A stretch of DNA of 64,000 nt, taken from positions 64,001 to 128,000 of the forward strand of contig JAYTOU010000060.1 in the NCBI GenBank assembly GCA_043747615.1, given 5' to 3'. This DNA is from Myxococcales bacterium. Lineage in GTDB: Bacteria; Myxococcota_A; Polyangia; Polyangiales; Polyangiaceae. A program made the translations under genes and the position numbers. The notes beneath the pieces are model-generated. The model had not been told where the DNA came from, did no database searches, and saw only the letters and a list, made by a program, of their open reading frames with translations. This document shows, in pieces, positions 19,897-29,608 of this stretch. Each line of letters opens with the position of its first letter. Within the stretch, counting starts at the first letter, position 1.

Positions 19897-21042
19897 ATGA
19901 ATCGTGTTCTGTGTGCGGTGATGATCGTAGGGCCCCTTGCTCTCGGCGCAATCGCTGGCTGCCATCGTCCGGAGGCATCGGTTGCCGCCGGCGCGCAGCC
20001 TCCGCCAGGAGAAGTCTGGCTCTCTCCGGAGAAAGCGAAAGACGCCAAGATCGAGGTCTCGCCGGTCGCGGAGCAGGACATCGACGACACGATCCTCATG
20101 AGCGGCAAGGTCACTTTTGACGACCAGCGAGTGGGGCATGTGTTTTCCCCGGTCACCGGGCGGGTCGTCCGCATCGATGCTCAGCTCGGTCAGAAGGTGA
20201 AGAAGGGCCAAGCGCTCGCGGTTCTGCAATCGCCCGATATCAGCGCAGCGAGCTCCGATCTGGGAAAAGCAAACGCCGATCTCATCGCCGCCGAGCACGA
20301 CTTCAAGCGGAAGAAGGTCCTCCTCGAGGCCCACGCGACCTCCCAGTCCGACTACGAAGGCTCGGAGGACAACTACCGCAAGGCGAAAGCCGAGCACGAT
20401 CGGGCGATGATGAAGGCAAGCCTCCTTCACTCGGGCGGCTCCGACGTGACCCAGGGTTACACTCTCACCGCGCCCATAGACGGCGAGGTGCTCGCGCGAA
20501 ACCTGAGTCCGGGGATCGAAGTGCAGGGGCAGTACGGGGGCAGCACCGTTCAAGAGCTCTTCACGATCGGCGAGCTCGATCGCGTCTGGGTGATCGCAGA
20601 CATCTACGAGATCGACCTCGCCCGCGTGAGAGTCGGAACGAAGGCCATCGTCAAGGTGGTCTCCTCCGCGGACAAGACGTTCGAAGGAAGGGTCGACTGG
20701 GTCTCGGCTGTCCTCGATCCGGTCTCGCGGACCGCGAAGGTGCGCTGCATTTTCGACAACACCGATCGGCTGCTCCGGCCAGAGATGTACGCGACGGTGC
20801 AGATCTCAGTCGACGAGAAGCGCGCCATCGCCGTTCCGCGAAGCTCGGTGATTCGCCTGGGAGAACAGACCGTGGTGTTCACGCAGACGGGCGTCACCGC
20901 AGATGGAAAGCTGAAGTTCGAGCGTGTCCCGGTCAGCGTCGACGAAGGCGAGAGCGGCAATTGGCTCCCCGTCGCTCACGGCGTCGAGGGTGGCGCGAAG
21001 ATCGTGACCTCAGGAGCCATTCTCCTTTCGGGGATGCTCTAG
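19897..21042 (+). CDS. RND periplasmic adaptor subunit (CzcB/CusB-like lipoprotein)
   Basis: Lipobox IAGC, SPVTGRV, GQKVKKGQAL, APIDG, LDRVWV.ADIYE, LDPVSRT.KVR, LRPEMYA. Confidence 0.92.
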   Translation: MNRVLCAVMIVGPLALGAIAGCHRPEASVAAGAQPPPGEVWLSPEKAKDAKIEVSPVAEQDIDDTILMSGKVTFDDQRVGHVFSPVTGRVVRIDAQLGQKVKKGQALAVLQSPDISAASSDLGKANADLIAAEHDFKRKKVLLEAHATSQSDYEGSEDNYRKAKAEHDRAMMKASLLHSGGSDVTQGYTLTAPIDGEVLARNLSPGIEVQGQYGGSTVQELFTIGELDRVWVIADIYEIDLARVRVGTKAIVKVVSSADKTFEGRVDWVSAVLDPVSRTAKVRCIFDNTDRLLRPEMYATVQISVDEKRAIAVPRSSVIRLGEQTVVFTQTGVTADGKLKFERVPVSVDEGESGNWLPVAHGVEGGAKIVTSGAILLSGML

Positions 21043-21092
21043 CGTCAGCTCTCGTAGCGTAACCCGCGTCACTTCGGCCGACGCGCCGATGC

Positions 21093-21650
21093 TTGGTTAC
21101 GCACGACCCGCACCTGCGGTATGCCATGGGCATGCACCACACATCGGACCGCATCGTGACCGTCTCCGTCAGCGACGCCCGAACGCCCGCGGAGGACGAA
21201 GCGGGACGCGTCGTCGGCGAGCTTCTCAAAGCGGCGGGCTTAGGCGTGCGCCGTCACCACCTCATCACGGACGACCCCGACTACATCCGCCAGCTGGTCA
21301 CCATGGTCTCCCAGAGCGAGGCCGAGGCGATGATTCTCACCGGTGGAATGGGGCTCGCGCGGCACGACCACACGTACGACGTCGTCGATTCGCTCTTCGA
21401 AAAACGCGTGGAAGGCTTCGGCGAAGCGTTTCGGCGCTTGTCGTATGAAGAGACGGGACCGCTAGCCATGCTGTCGCGAGCGACCGCCGGGATCCTTAGC
21501 GGAACGGTCATCTTCGCGCTTCCGAGCAACGTTCGCGCCGTCCGTCTTGGCGTAGAGAAGCTCATTATTCCAGTGATCTCACACGCGATGGACCTAGCGT
21601 CGGGACGAACGGCGCACCCGCCCTCGAGCCCCAAGCTACCGATCGCCTAG
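21093..21650 (+). CDS. MoaB/MogA molybdopterin-binding family protein
   Basis: TVSVSDART..ED..G, ILTGGMG...D.T, GFGEAFR.LSY, AMLSRATAG, FALP. Confidence 0.88.
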   Translation: MVTHDPHLRYAMGMHHTSDRIVTVSVSDARTPAEDEAGRVVGELLKAAGLGVRRHHLITDDPDYIRQLVTMVSQSEAEAMILTGGMGLARHDHTYDVVDSLFEKRVEGFGEAFRRLSYEETGPLAMLSRATAGILSGTVIFALPSNVRAVRLGVEKLIIPVISHAMDLASGRTAHPPSSPKLPIA

Positions 21651-21823
21651 CCCGCAGCGGCGCACACGAACGTCGATTTGTATGGAAATACCGCGCCAGT
21701 GACGCTCCCCAAAGAGTCGGGCGTCACCGAACGGAACGTCGGCGACGGATCGCGACGGCGACGCGTGCGACAGGTGCCCGCTCGACGCGGTGAACGCCTG
21801 CTGATCAGGCCGTCACCGAGCGC

Positions 21824-22366
21824 TCAGTACGGCCGCCAAGCGCGGATCAGCGCGATCGCTTGCGCTTGCGTCATCGTGCCGTTGTTCATCCCGTCGAAGA
21901 CCTGCTGCTCGACTACATCCTTTCGAAGGGCTTCGACGTGGGGCTGAGGCCAGAGGTTGCCCTGATCGTCGTTACCGCCAATCGAAAGCGGAATGTAGTG
22001 GTCGAATTCGTAGTTGGCGAAGTCGGCTTGGGGGATCCCGTACGCCGCGCCGATGGAATCGCGTTCCGGAGTGGGAACGTTTCGGTTGCAGTAAGCAATC
22101 TGCTCTGCGTAGCGATACATGCTGAAATTCGGGTCGGTCGCGGTGCACAGCACTCCGGGGGTTTTGCTGGGATCCGGCAGGTGCCAAATCCCGGCGTCGT
22201 CCCTGTACGACGACGCGGGTAGGCCAGCGTCCGCGGCGTTCGAGCTCTCGTCGCTCGCGTCGGCCGAGGGCTGTTCACCCGCGTCGGGGCTCGCCATCGC
22301 TGCGCCCTGACTGCATCCCAGCGACGTAGCCACCGCCGTCAGGCACCCGAGATTCAAGAGACGCAT
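21824..22366 (-). CDS. Lipoprotein with C-terminal HNH-like nuclease domain
   Basis: Lipobox SLGC; LPDPSKTPG; YEFDHYIPLSIGGNDDQGNLWPQ beta-beta-alpha-metal-like motif. Confidence 0.72.
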   Translation of the reverse strand: MRLLNLGCLTAVATSLGCSQGAAMASPDAGEQPSADASDESSNAADAGLPASSYRDDAGIWHLPDPSKTPGVLCTATDPNFSMYRYAEQIAYCNRNVPTPERDSIGAAYGIPQADFANYEFDHYIPLSIGGNDDQGNLWPQPHVEALRKDVVEQQVFDGMNNGTMTQAQAIALIRAWRPY

Positions 22367-22381
22367 CGTCAGTTTTTCGCC

Positions 22382-23380
22382 TTACTTTGCGGGCGGAGCC
22401 ACTACGGGCGCGCTCGTCGTGACGCCGGCGCCCTTGAAGCTCGTGTTGGGATACGACGTCACGAGACACGCGGAGCCGTCGTCATTGTGAATCTCGACGA
22501 GGTCTCCTTTGTTCGAAAATCCATAAACCTTGTCGTCGTAGGCGGCGATTCCGAACATGCTGCCAAAGGTCGCGGGCGACTTCGCGTTCGTGCACCACGC
22601 TCCCTTGTTCACGGGCCCGCGCACGACCTTGAGCGTGCTCGCGGTCGACCCGGACGTCATGAGCCCGACGTCGAGCTCGACGAGCGTATCCGTCCCGCCG
22701 CAGCTGCCGACAGGGCAAACTGCTGCGAACGCGATCGGGCTCCCCTTGTTCGCCAAGAACACGATATCGCCCGAGAGACCCCACGCCTTGCTGGTGATGG
22801 GATCCGTGCCCATGGTGCCGACCGGCGTGGTTGCGCCCGTCGTTGCATCGATCCGGAAAAGCTGGCCGATGTCGTTCGCCGCGATCAGCACCTCGGCGAC
22901 GTCGACCGTATTTTCAGGGGCCATCGAGAGGCCGTAAAAATTCGAGTGCGTCGACGGCAACGGCCAGGTCGCCGTGCAATGCACCTTACCTCCGCCCGCG
23001 AGCTCGAGCGGGTACGCCCCCTGGGTGCTCACGGCGTAAAGAGCTCCGCCCTTGCTCACGGCGATGTCCGTCATCGAGCTCGGGCCGCTCGCCCCCCCAA
23101 TGCAGTCGAACGTTCCCACGGACACCATCGGGGACGCGATGTGCAGCGGATCCAGCTTGAAGAGCTCCTTGGCGGTGTGCGCGTAGAGGATCGTTCCCGC
23201 TGGACCCGTGCTCGCGTCGCCGTTGCTTCCGACCACGGGGCCACCGCCACCGGGGCCGCCATCAGGGGCGCCTTCGCTGATCGCGCCGCCGCCGTCTGAG
23301 TCAGCGCCGAATCCTGAGTTGTGTCTAGCGGCCGAACATCCTAACGCCGCGAGTGACAGCAGAATCGGCGCAAGTTTCAT
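22382..23380 (-). CDS. Myxobacterial lipoprotein, probable beta-propeller
   Basis: Lipobox ALGC, Gly-rich linker, LYAHT..ELFK.DP, MTDIAV, SGDIV, FGIAAY..KVYGF, GAGVTTSAP. Confidence 0.72.
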   Translation of the reverse strand: MKLAPILLSLAALGCSAARHNSGFGADSDGGGAISEGAPDGGPGGGGPVVGSNGDASTGPAGTILYAHTAKELFKLDPLHIASPMVSVGTFDCIGGASGPSSMTDIAVSKGGALYAVSTQGAYPLELAGGGKVHCTATWPLPSTHSNFYGLSMAPENTVDVAEVLIAANDIGQLFRIDATTGATTPVGTMGTDPITSKAWGLSGDIVFLANKGSPIAFAAVCPVGSCGGTDTLVELDVGLMTSGSTASTLKVVRGPVNKGAWCTNAKSPATFGSMFGIAAYDDKVYGFSNKGDLVEIHNDDGSACLVTSYPNTSFKGAGVTTSAPVVAPPAK

Positions 23381-23727
23381 GTCCCTCTTTTACGAGGTTG
23401 GACGGCTTCGGCAAGCGGTTCTGTGTGTCCGTTCGATTCGAGCGGGGCCGCGAATCACCGGAGCATAAGTTTGGCGCCCCACCGGAAACGCGTTCCCCGC
23501 GCGGGTCGCACTGAGCGAGGTCGTCGGATCGACCGATGCACCTTACCTCAACTCGCTCATTGCCAAGGCCGGGCTCGCGACGAAGCACGATGACTGACGG
23601 GCCTCCAGCAGAGCGACGCGTGGGCCGCGACGGAAATCCAAAAAATCCTCGACGGCGCCACTTGCCAATGACGGCCGCCGGCTCCCCCTCGCCGTGTGGG
23701 TGGCGATGAGGGCGCCGAGCGCGATGA

Positions 23728-25794
23728 CTACTGGCAGACCGCGGGAGTGTACAACGAGCGCTGGCACTGCGAAGAGCAGCAGTCGGGTGTGGCTCCGCAC
23801 GCGATGGGCGCCCCGAGATTGCCGTTGTTCGGCGTCGTCATGCACGAGAATGGGCCTGGACCGCCGCGGCTCCTTCCGGGCCTCGTGGCAGCACCTATAT
23901 AATAGGATTCGCTGAGCACTGACCCGCGGTCGTTACGGTTGCAGACATCAAATGGCTGACCGCTGGTGAAGGCCGACGCGCACGTCTTCGCCGAAGCCGC
24001 GCAGTCGAGCGTGCCCGCCGTCCACGTGTTACCGGCCGAGCAGGTCTGGACTGCCGCCGAGCCGGGCGCTGCGCCAGTGGGATCCGAGCAGCGCGTGTCT
24101 ACCGTGCCCCGCGCGTTACCGCCCGCGACGCCAGATCCCACGCATTCGATGCACGTGTTGGCAGCCGTCGTGCCGAGGCTCGTCCGCCGGCAGACGTCGT
24201 TTCCGGTGCACGTTGTGGTGCCGACGGTCGGAAGCGCACCTTGCGGCGTGCAGGTACCGAAGGTGTCGGTGCCGGTGAAGGGAGTGCCGGGAACGGGCTT
24301 CGGATTTCCGACGCAGACGACCGCGTTCGGGATGCACTGAGCGACGCACGCAGCGCCAGCTCCCGCAATGCCCGCCGTGCACGCTCCGACCGTACAGCTC
24401 GCCGGAGCGCCCCACACGCCAAGAGCGCTGCACGTTTCGATTGCGTCGTTGACCGTGCCGCCATCGCCCGAGACGCAGCGCGTGACGCCGGGGGCGCACA
24501 CTCCGCCGCAAACCTTCGCGGGTCGCGAGGTCGCCGTGCGGTAGTCGAGGCACGTCGCTGCCGCGGCACCGCCGTCCGCGCTCGGGCAGCCAACGGGAAC
24601 CGACCATCGTCCGCTCGCGGAGCACGTCTGGTAGCTCGTCGCTCCGTTCGCCGTGCAGCGCTCGTCGCCGGCCTGGCATTCGGTCACGCATGCGCCCGGG
24701 ATTACTCCGCCGATGGGAGCGCCCGTGGCGATGCAAGCCCCAGTCGCGCATGCAGTGCCAGCGGCAGCGAGCTTTCCGTCTGGTCCGCATTTCCGGAGGC
24801 CGGTGGCATCGCACGAGCCCCGCGCTCCGGCGGCGCAGATTGGATCTCCGCAGAGCACGGTGGTCGGATCGACCGGGCTCGTCTGGCAGATGAGTGAGGT
24901 GGCCGCGGGGTTCGCGTTGCATGCGGTGACCGCACCCCACTTGCCGTCCGGTCCGCAAATCTGGGTCGAGAGCTGGTTCGAGGCGCATCGGAGCTGCCCC
25001 GGGGTACAATCGCTCGCGCACGACGCTTCCTTGGTTCCCGCGCAGGCTCGGCCAACGGGATTGCACGTCTGCGAAGCGCTGCAGCCCACCGCGACCCACG
25101 CGTAGCCGGTCGGCGTCGCGACGCACGTGCTCGTGAATTTCGTCTGGTCCGCGGTCGCGTCGTTCTTGTTTCCGCAGACGGTATCGCAGCCATTTGCGGT
25201 GGGAGTGCACGCCGCGGGCTTGCAGGCCGCGGTCGGGTACGGCGTCGACGACACGCTGACGCAAAGCTCGGTCGCGCCGCAGGAGGTCGGTGTGTACGTG
25301 TTTCCGTTCACGCACGTCCCGACGAGGCCGCCTGCCAGGCATATCGAGCTGCCGACGATGCACGAGCCGGCGCAGAGGCCGTTGCCCTCGCACGTGGTTC
25401 CGGAGGGACAGTTGATCTGATCGAAGCCCATCGCGTTCGCGCGGCAGCGGAGCGCCGTCGTTGCGTTTAGGCAAGCGCCGCTGTTCGGAAGGCATGCGGC
25501 GTTTGGGTCGGGCTTGCATTCCCCTTTGTCGCATTTTTCGCCGTCGTGGCAGGGCTGGGCAAGCCAGCCAGAGCCGTCCGCGGGGCAGACGCGTGCGAGC
25601 GCGGGGCTCACGCACTCCTTCGTGCTCGGCGCGCACTTCGTTCCTACGATGACGCTGCCGTCCGCGGTGACGACCGTACCTGCATCGTCGACGAAGTTGT
25701 TGACCGTGTCGCCGGTGCAACCGTTGGCGAGGAGCGCCACCGCTCCAATTGCAGCCGTGAACGCGAACCATCGAATGCGAACTGTGAGCGTCAT
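23728..25794 (-). CDS. Cys-rich repeat lipoprotein, paralogue B
   Basis: Lipobox ANGC; repeated C.PG..RC...QTC...G.W modules; colinear with 25889-27949. Confidence 0.8.
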   Translation of the reverse strand: MTLTVRIRWFAFTAAIGAVALLANGCTGDTVNNFVDDAGTVVTADGSVIVGTKCAPSTKECVSPALARVCPADGSGWLAQPCHDGEKCDKGECKPDPNAACLPNSGACLNATTALRCRANAMGFDQINCPSGTTCEGNGLCAGSCIVGSSICLAGGLVGTCVNGNTYTPTSCGATELCVSVSSTPYPTAACKPAACTPTANGCDTVCGNKNDATADQTKFTSTCVATPTGYAWVAVGCSASQTCNPVGRACAGTKEASCASDCTPGQLRCASNQLSTQICGPDGKWGAVTACNANPAATSLICQTSPVDPTTVLCGDPICAAGARGSCDATGLRKCGPDGKLAAAGTACATGACIATGAPIGGVIPGACVTECQAGDERCTANGATSYQTCSASGRWSVPVGCPSADGGAAAATCLDYRTATSRPAKVCGGVCAPGVTRCVSGDGGTVNDAIETCSALGVWGAPASCTVGACTAGIAGAGAACVAQCIPNAVVCVGNPKPVPGTPFTGTDTFGTCTPQGALPTVGTTTCTGNDVCRRTSLGTTAANTCIECVGSGVAGGNARGTVDTRCSDPTGAAPGSAAVQTCSAGNTWTAGTLDCAASAKTCASAFTSGQPFDVCNRNDRGSVLSESYYIGAATRPGRSRGGPGPFSCMTTPNNGNLGAPIACGATPDCCSSQCQRSLYTPAVCQ

Positions 25795-25822
25795 CGTGTT
25801 CTCCCTACTGAGCGGTCAACTG

Positions 25823-25877
25823 AAAAAATAAGGGGAGCGAGATCCCCATTGCCCTGAGGGCGATGGGGATCGGCTCC
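25823..25877 (-). terminator. Intrinsic terminator between the Cys-rich paralogues
   Basis: On the minus strand, hairpin GATCCCCATCGCCC-TCA-GGGCAATGGGGATC followed by TTATTTTTT. Confidence 0.65.
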
Positions 25878-25888
25878 GAGCGCGAGAG

Positions 25889-27949
25889 CTACCGGCAGGT
25901 CGCCGGGGTGTAGATCGCACGCCGGCACTGCGATGAGCAGCAGTCGGGCGTGGCTCCGCACGCGGTGGGCGGCCCCATGTTGCCCCTCCGCGCCAACGTG
26001 CACGAGGATGAGCCTTGGCGGCTGTGCCCCTGCCCGCCAGCTCTGTAATAGGATTCGGTGCGCTCGTGCCCGAAGCGCTCGCGGTTGCAGGTGTCGAAGG
26101 CCGGGCCGCTGGTGGAGGCCGCTTTGCACGTCGTCGCGGAGGCCACGCAGTCGAGCGTCCCCCCCGTCCATGTGTTGCCGGCCGAGCACGTCTGCACGTC
26201 TGCGGTACCGGCGGTCGTCCCCGTTGGATCGGAGCAGCGCGTGTCGACCGTGCCCCGCTCGTTTCCGCCGGCGACGTTCGACCCGACGCATTCGATGCAC
26301 GCGTTACCGGCAGGCGCGATGGCGCCCGCACCATTCCGTCGGCAGACGGCAGTCCCCGTGCACAGCGTCGTGCCGGAGGTCGGAAGCGTTCCTTGCGCGG
26401 TGCATGTTCCGAACGTGTCGGTTCCGCTGAACGGAGTGCCCGTGACGTCCTTGCCTGCGCCCACGCACACCACGGCGTTCGGCACGCACTGCGCGACGCA
26501 CACAGCGCCGGACCCAACGACACCCGTCGTGCACACGCCGACCGTGCAGACGGTGGGAAGCGCCGCCCATTGACCCATGGCACTGCACGTCTCGATCGCG
26601 TCCGTGCTTGGCCCGCCGTCTGCCGAGGCGCATCGCGTAGAGTTAGGAGCGCAGACACCGCCGCAGAGTTTTGCGGGGCGCTGCGTAGACGTCAGGTAGT
26701 CGAAGCAGGTGTCCGCGGCAGCGCCGCCATCGGCGCTAGGGCACGCGACCGGAGTCGCCCATCGACCGTTCGAGCACGTCTGGTACGACGTTGCCCCGCT
26801 CGCCGTGCAGCGCTCGTCGCCCGCCTGGCATTCGGCTACGCACGCGCCGGGCGCGAGACCACCGACGGGAAGGCCGACCGCGGTGCAGCTTCCCGAAGCG
26901 CATGCAGTCCCCGTTGCAGCGAGCTTTCCGTCGGAGCCGCAGCGGCGAAGCCCCGTCGCGTCGCACGTGCCGATCGCGCCCGTAGCGCAGAACGGGTCAC
27001 CACAGAGAACGGCAGAGGAGTTCGTCGGATTCCGCTGGCAGATGACCGCCGCCGCCGCCGGGTTCGCGTTGCACGCGGTCGTCGCGCCCCACTTGCCGTC
27101 CGGACCGCAAATCTGCGTCGAGAGCGCGTCTGGGCTACAGCGGCTTTGCCCAGGCGTGCAGTCACTGGCGCATGCGGCTTGGGTGGTGCCGCGTCCGCAC
27201 GCTCGGGCTGACGGGTTGCAAGTCAGACCCGCTGCGCAACCAACGGCGGCCCACTTGTACCCCGTCGGGGTCGAGACGCACGTGCTCGTGAACTTCGTCT
27301 GATCGGCGGTCGCGTCGGCCTTGTTTCCACATACGAAGTCGCACCCAAGCGCGTCGGGCGTGCACTCCGCAGGCTTGCATGCCGAAACCGGGTACGGCGA
27401 CGTGGACACGTCGACGCAGCGCTCGTTTGCTGCACAGCTGCTGGGGGTGAATGTATTTCCGTTCACGCAGGTGGCAAGGGTGCCGTCGGCCATACAGGCG
27501 GAGCTGCCGACGATGCACGACCCGGCGCACAGTCCGTCGCCTTGGCAGGTGGTGCCCGTGGGGCAGGTTACCGCCGCGAAGCCCATGAGATTGTCGCGGC
27601 AGCGCAGGCCGGTCGTCGCCGTGAGGCATGCGCCGCTGCCTGGCGCGCAGGTCGCGTTGGGGTCGGCAACGCAGCCGCCTTGGTCGCACTTTTCGCCGAC
27701 TTTGCATTCCTGGGAGAGCCACCCCGACCCGTCGGCGGGACACACGCGCGCGAGCGACGGGTTGACACATTCTTTCGCGCCCGGCGCGCAGCTTACGACC
27801 GCGCCATCCGGCAACACGACGGTGCCGCCGCCTCCGGAATCATTGGGGTAATTGTTCGTCGTGGTTCCCGTGCAGGCGTTCACGAGAATGCCAGCCAAAG
27901 CGCTCACCACGGTGAGAACTGCCCAATGTTTCGGATTTGCGCGCGCCAT
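25889..27949 (-). CDS. Cys-rich repeat lipoprotein, paralogue A
   Basis: Lipobox VNAC; same Cys module architecture; 686 aa versus 688 aa. Confidence 0.8.
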   Translation of the reverse strand: MARANPKHWAVLTVVSALAGILVNACTGTTTNNYPNDSGGGGTVVLPDGAVVSCAPGAKECVNPSLARVCPADGSGWLSQECKVGEKCDQGGCVADPNATCAPGSGACLTATTGLRCRDNLMGFAAVTCPTGTTCQGDGLCAGSCIVGSSACMADGTLATCVNGNTFTPSSCAANERCVDVSTSPYPVSACKPAECTPDALGCDFVCGNKADATADQTKFTSTCVSTPTGYKWAAVGCAAGLTCNPSARACGRGTTQAACASDCTPGQSRCSPDALSTQICGPDGKWGATTACNANPAAAAVICQRNPTNSSAVLCGDPFCATGAIGTCDATGLRRCGSDGKLAATGTACASGSCTAVGLPVGGLAPGACVAECQAGDERCTASGATSYQTCSNGRWATPVACPSADGGAAADTCFDYLTSTQRPAKLCGGVCAPNSTRCASADGGPSTDAIETCSAMGQWAALPTVCTVGVCTTGVVGSGAVCVAQCVPNAVVCVGAGKDVTGTPFSGTDTFGTCTAQGTLPTSGTTLCTGTAVCRRNGAGAIAPAGNACIECVGSNVAGGNERGTVDTRCSDPTGTTAGTADVQTCSAGNTWTGGTLDCVASATTCKAASTSGPAFDTCNRERFGHERTESYYRAGGQGHSRQGSSSCTLARRGNMGPPTACGATPDCCSSQCRRAIYTPATCR

Positions 27950-28239
27950 GCCTTATCTCCGTCGGTTGTTACAGACTTATTACAAAAATGAGTCAACGCG
28001 AACATACGTTGAGCGGTCAAAAAGGGAAACCTTTGTTTTTCCGGCTGTTTCCGGCTCAGGCGGAAGTGCGTGGTGGACCGGTTACGGGCGGCGGAGCGGC
28101 GATGCTCCGACCCTCCTCGCATCCCTGCTGCGGTGGGAGGCCGAGCTCGGTGACGTCCGCGGTGCCTAGCAACGCACGATCGAAGGCCGTCACCTCGCCG
28201 TTATCGCCGACCCCAACCATCTGCGGTAATCACGTGGTC

Positions 28240-28866
28240 ATGCGTAGCTTCGGGATCGCGTTGTTCTTCGGTCTGCTTGCGTGCGGAGGCGCGAGCGCGC
28301 CGATGGGCAACGAGACACTCGATCAACTGGAAGCCAAATCGAGAGCCAAGTGGAACGGATGCCGCGAGCGCGTGGCCGCCAACTGCAAGTGGCTCACCGC
28401 CTTCTGGGAGGCTGACTACGCCGACGCGAAAGCGGCGTGCGAATCGGGCCGCGGCAGGCGGTGTGTCCAAGCCGCGGAGACCTACGCGGAATCGGGCATA
28501 CCCAACGGGTACGACTCGTTCCCGCGATACCTCGAGCGCATCCCTCGTGACACGCAGGCCGCACTCAGGCTTTACGAAAAGGGCTGCGTGCTCCGCGAGG
28601 CGCACGCCTGCGACCAGCTCGCCCGGATGCTCTTCGAAGGCTTCGACGTCGCCCCCGATTTTCCGCGCGCCAAGGCCCTCATCCTAAAGAGCTGCGAGAT
28701 CGACGGAGACTCGGACTGCAAGATGCCGCTGCCCTTCGCCACGTACGAATCCGAAACGCTGGAGGAGCGCGAAAGGCGCGTAGCAAGAAACCGAGCACGA
28801 ATGGCCGACGTCGCCGCAGGAGGTCGAAAGCTGGCGGCGGAGATCGCGGCGAAGGCATCGAAGTGA
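28240..28866 (+). CDS. Sel1-like repeat lipoprotein
   Basis: Lipobox LLAC; RD.QAALRLYEKGC..R..HACDQLA..G.DV.PDFPRAK.L..KSC. Confidence 0.72.
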   Translation: MRSFGIALFFGLLACGGASAPMGNETLDQLEAKSRAKWNGCRERVAANCKWLTAFWEADYADAKAACESGRGRRCVQAAETYAESGIPNGYDSFPRYLERIPRDTQAALRLYEKGCVLREAHACDQLARMLFEGFDVAPDFPRAKALILKSCEIDGDSDCKMPLPFATYESETLEERERRVARNRARMADVAAGGRKLAAEIAAKASK

Positions 28867-28873
28867 GCGCGAC

Positions 28874-29452
28874 TCACAAAACGTCGGCGAGGAGCGCGGC
28901 TCCAATCAGAGCGAAGACGACCGCGGCGATCCGCTTCGTGACGTTTGGATCGAGGAGCTTCCCAGCGCGGTGCCCGACGACGATGGCGAGCGCCGCGACA
29001 GCCCACAGGGCAAGCGTTGCCCCGCTAAAGACGATGAACGGCGATTGGTATCGCGAGGCCAGCGCTGCCGTCGCGAGCTGCGTGAGGTCGCCCCACTCCG
29101 CGATGAAGACCACGACGAAGACCACTCGGGTCGATCGCCAAAAGCCCGCGGCCCCATCGCCGTCTTTCACCTCTCCGTCCGCATCGTCGCTGCGACGCCA
29201 CATGAGCAACGCGGAAATGAGGAACAGGCCACCGGCAAAGACGTGCACCGGCCGCTGCGGGAGCAGCGATACGACCTGGCCCGCAGCAACCGCGACCAGG
29301 CTTTGAATCGTGAGCGCTGCGGCGGCGCCGATGAACACGGGAAGTGGCCGGTGACGCGTGGCCAGCACGAGAGCCGCGAGAGCCGTTTTGTCTGGCAGCT
29401 CCGCGACGAAGATCACGCCGAAAATCGAAAAGAAAAGCTTCCAACCGTGCAT
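28874..29452 (-). CDS. TMEM165/GDT1 (UPF0016) Mn2+/Ca2+ transporter
   Basis: Two signature motifs AELPDKT and AEWGDLTQ; six hydrophobic segments. Confidence 0.9.
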   Translation of the reverse strand: MHGWKLFFSIFGVIFVAELPDKTALAALVLATRHRPLPVFIGAAAALTIQSLVAVAAGQVVSLLPQRPVHVFAGGLFLISALLMWRRSDDADGEVKDGDGAAGFWRSTRVVFVVVFIAEWGDLTQLATAALASRYQSPFIVFSGATLALWAVAALAIVVGHRAGKLLDPNVTKRIAAVVFALIGAALLADVL

Positions 29453-29608
29453 GGCGTCTCTCTGTTCAGGGCGAACCTCAACCAAACGGCTCGACGTCGC
29501 AGACCTCGATGGAGCGGTTTACCGGTCCTCAACCACGGATTCAACCGCGCGTAGCGCCGCGGCGCGTGAACGACGGAGTAGATGTGCTAACCAACTCGAG
29601 GAGCGTTT

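Noticed and set aside
23470..23490. tRNA-3'-like CCGGTGGGGGCGCCA (minus) as the second att site
   Set aside because: No T-loop and poor match to the tRNA-Glu 3' end.
23728..27949. Diversity-generating retroelement explaining the variable tips
   Set aside because: No reverse transcriptase or template repeat; differences include indels and are not adenine-specific.
29453..29608. yybP-ykoY Mn riboswitch upstream of GDT1
   Set aside because: GGAGTAG and AGACC-like pieces are on the wrong strand and in the wrong order.
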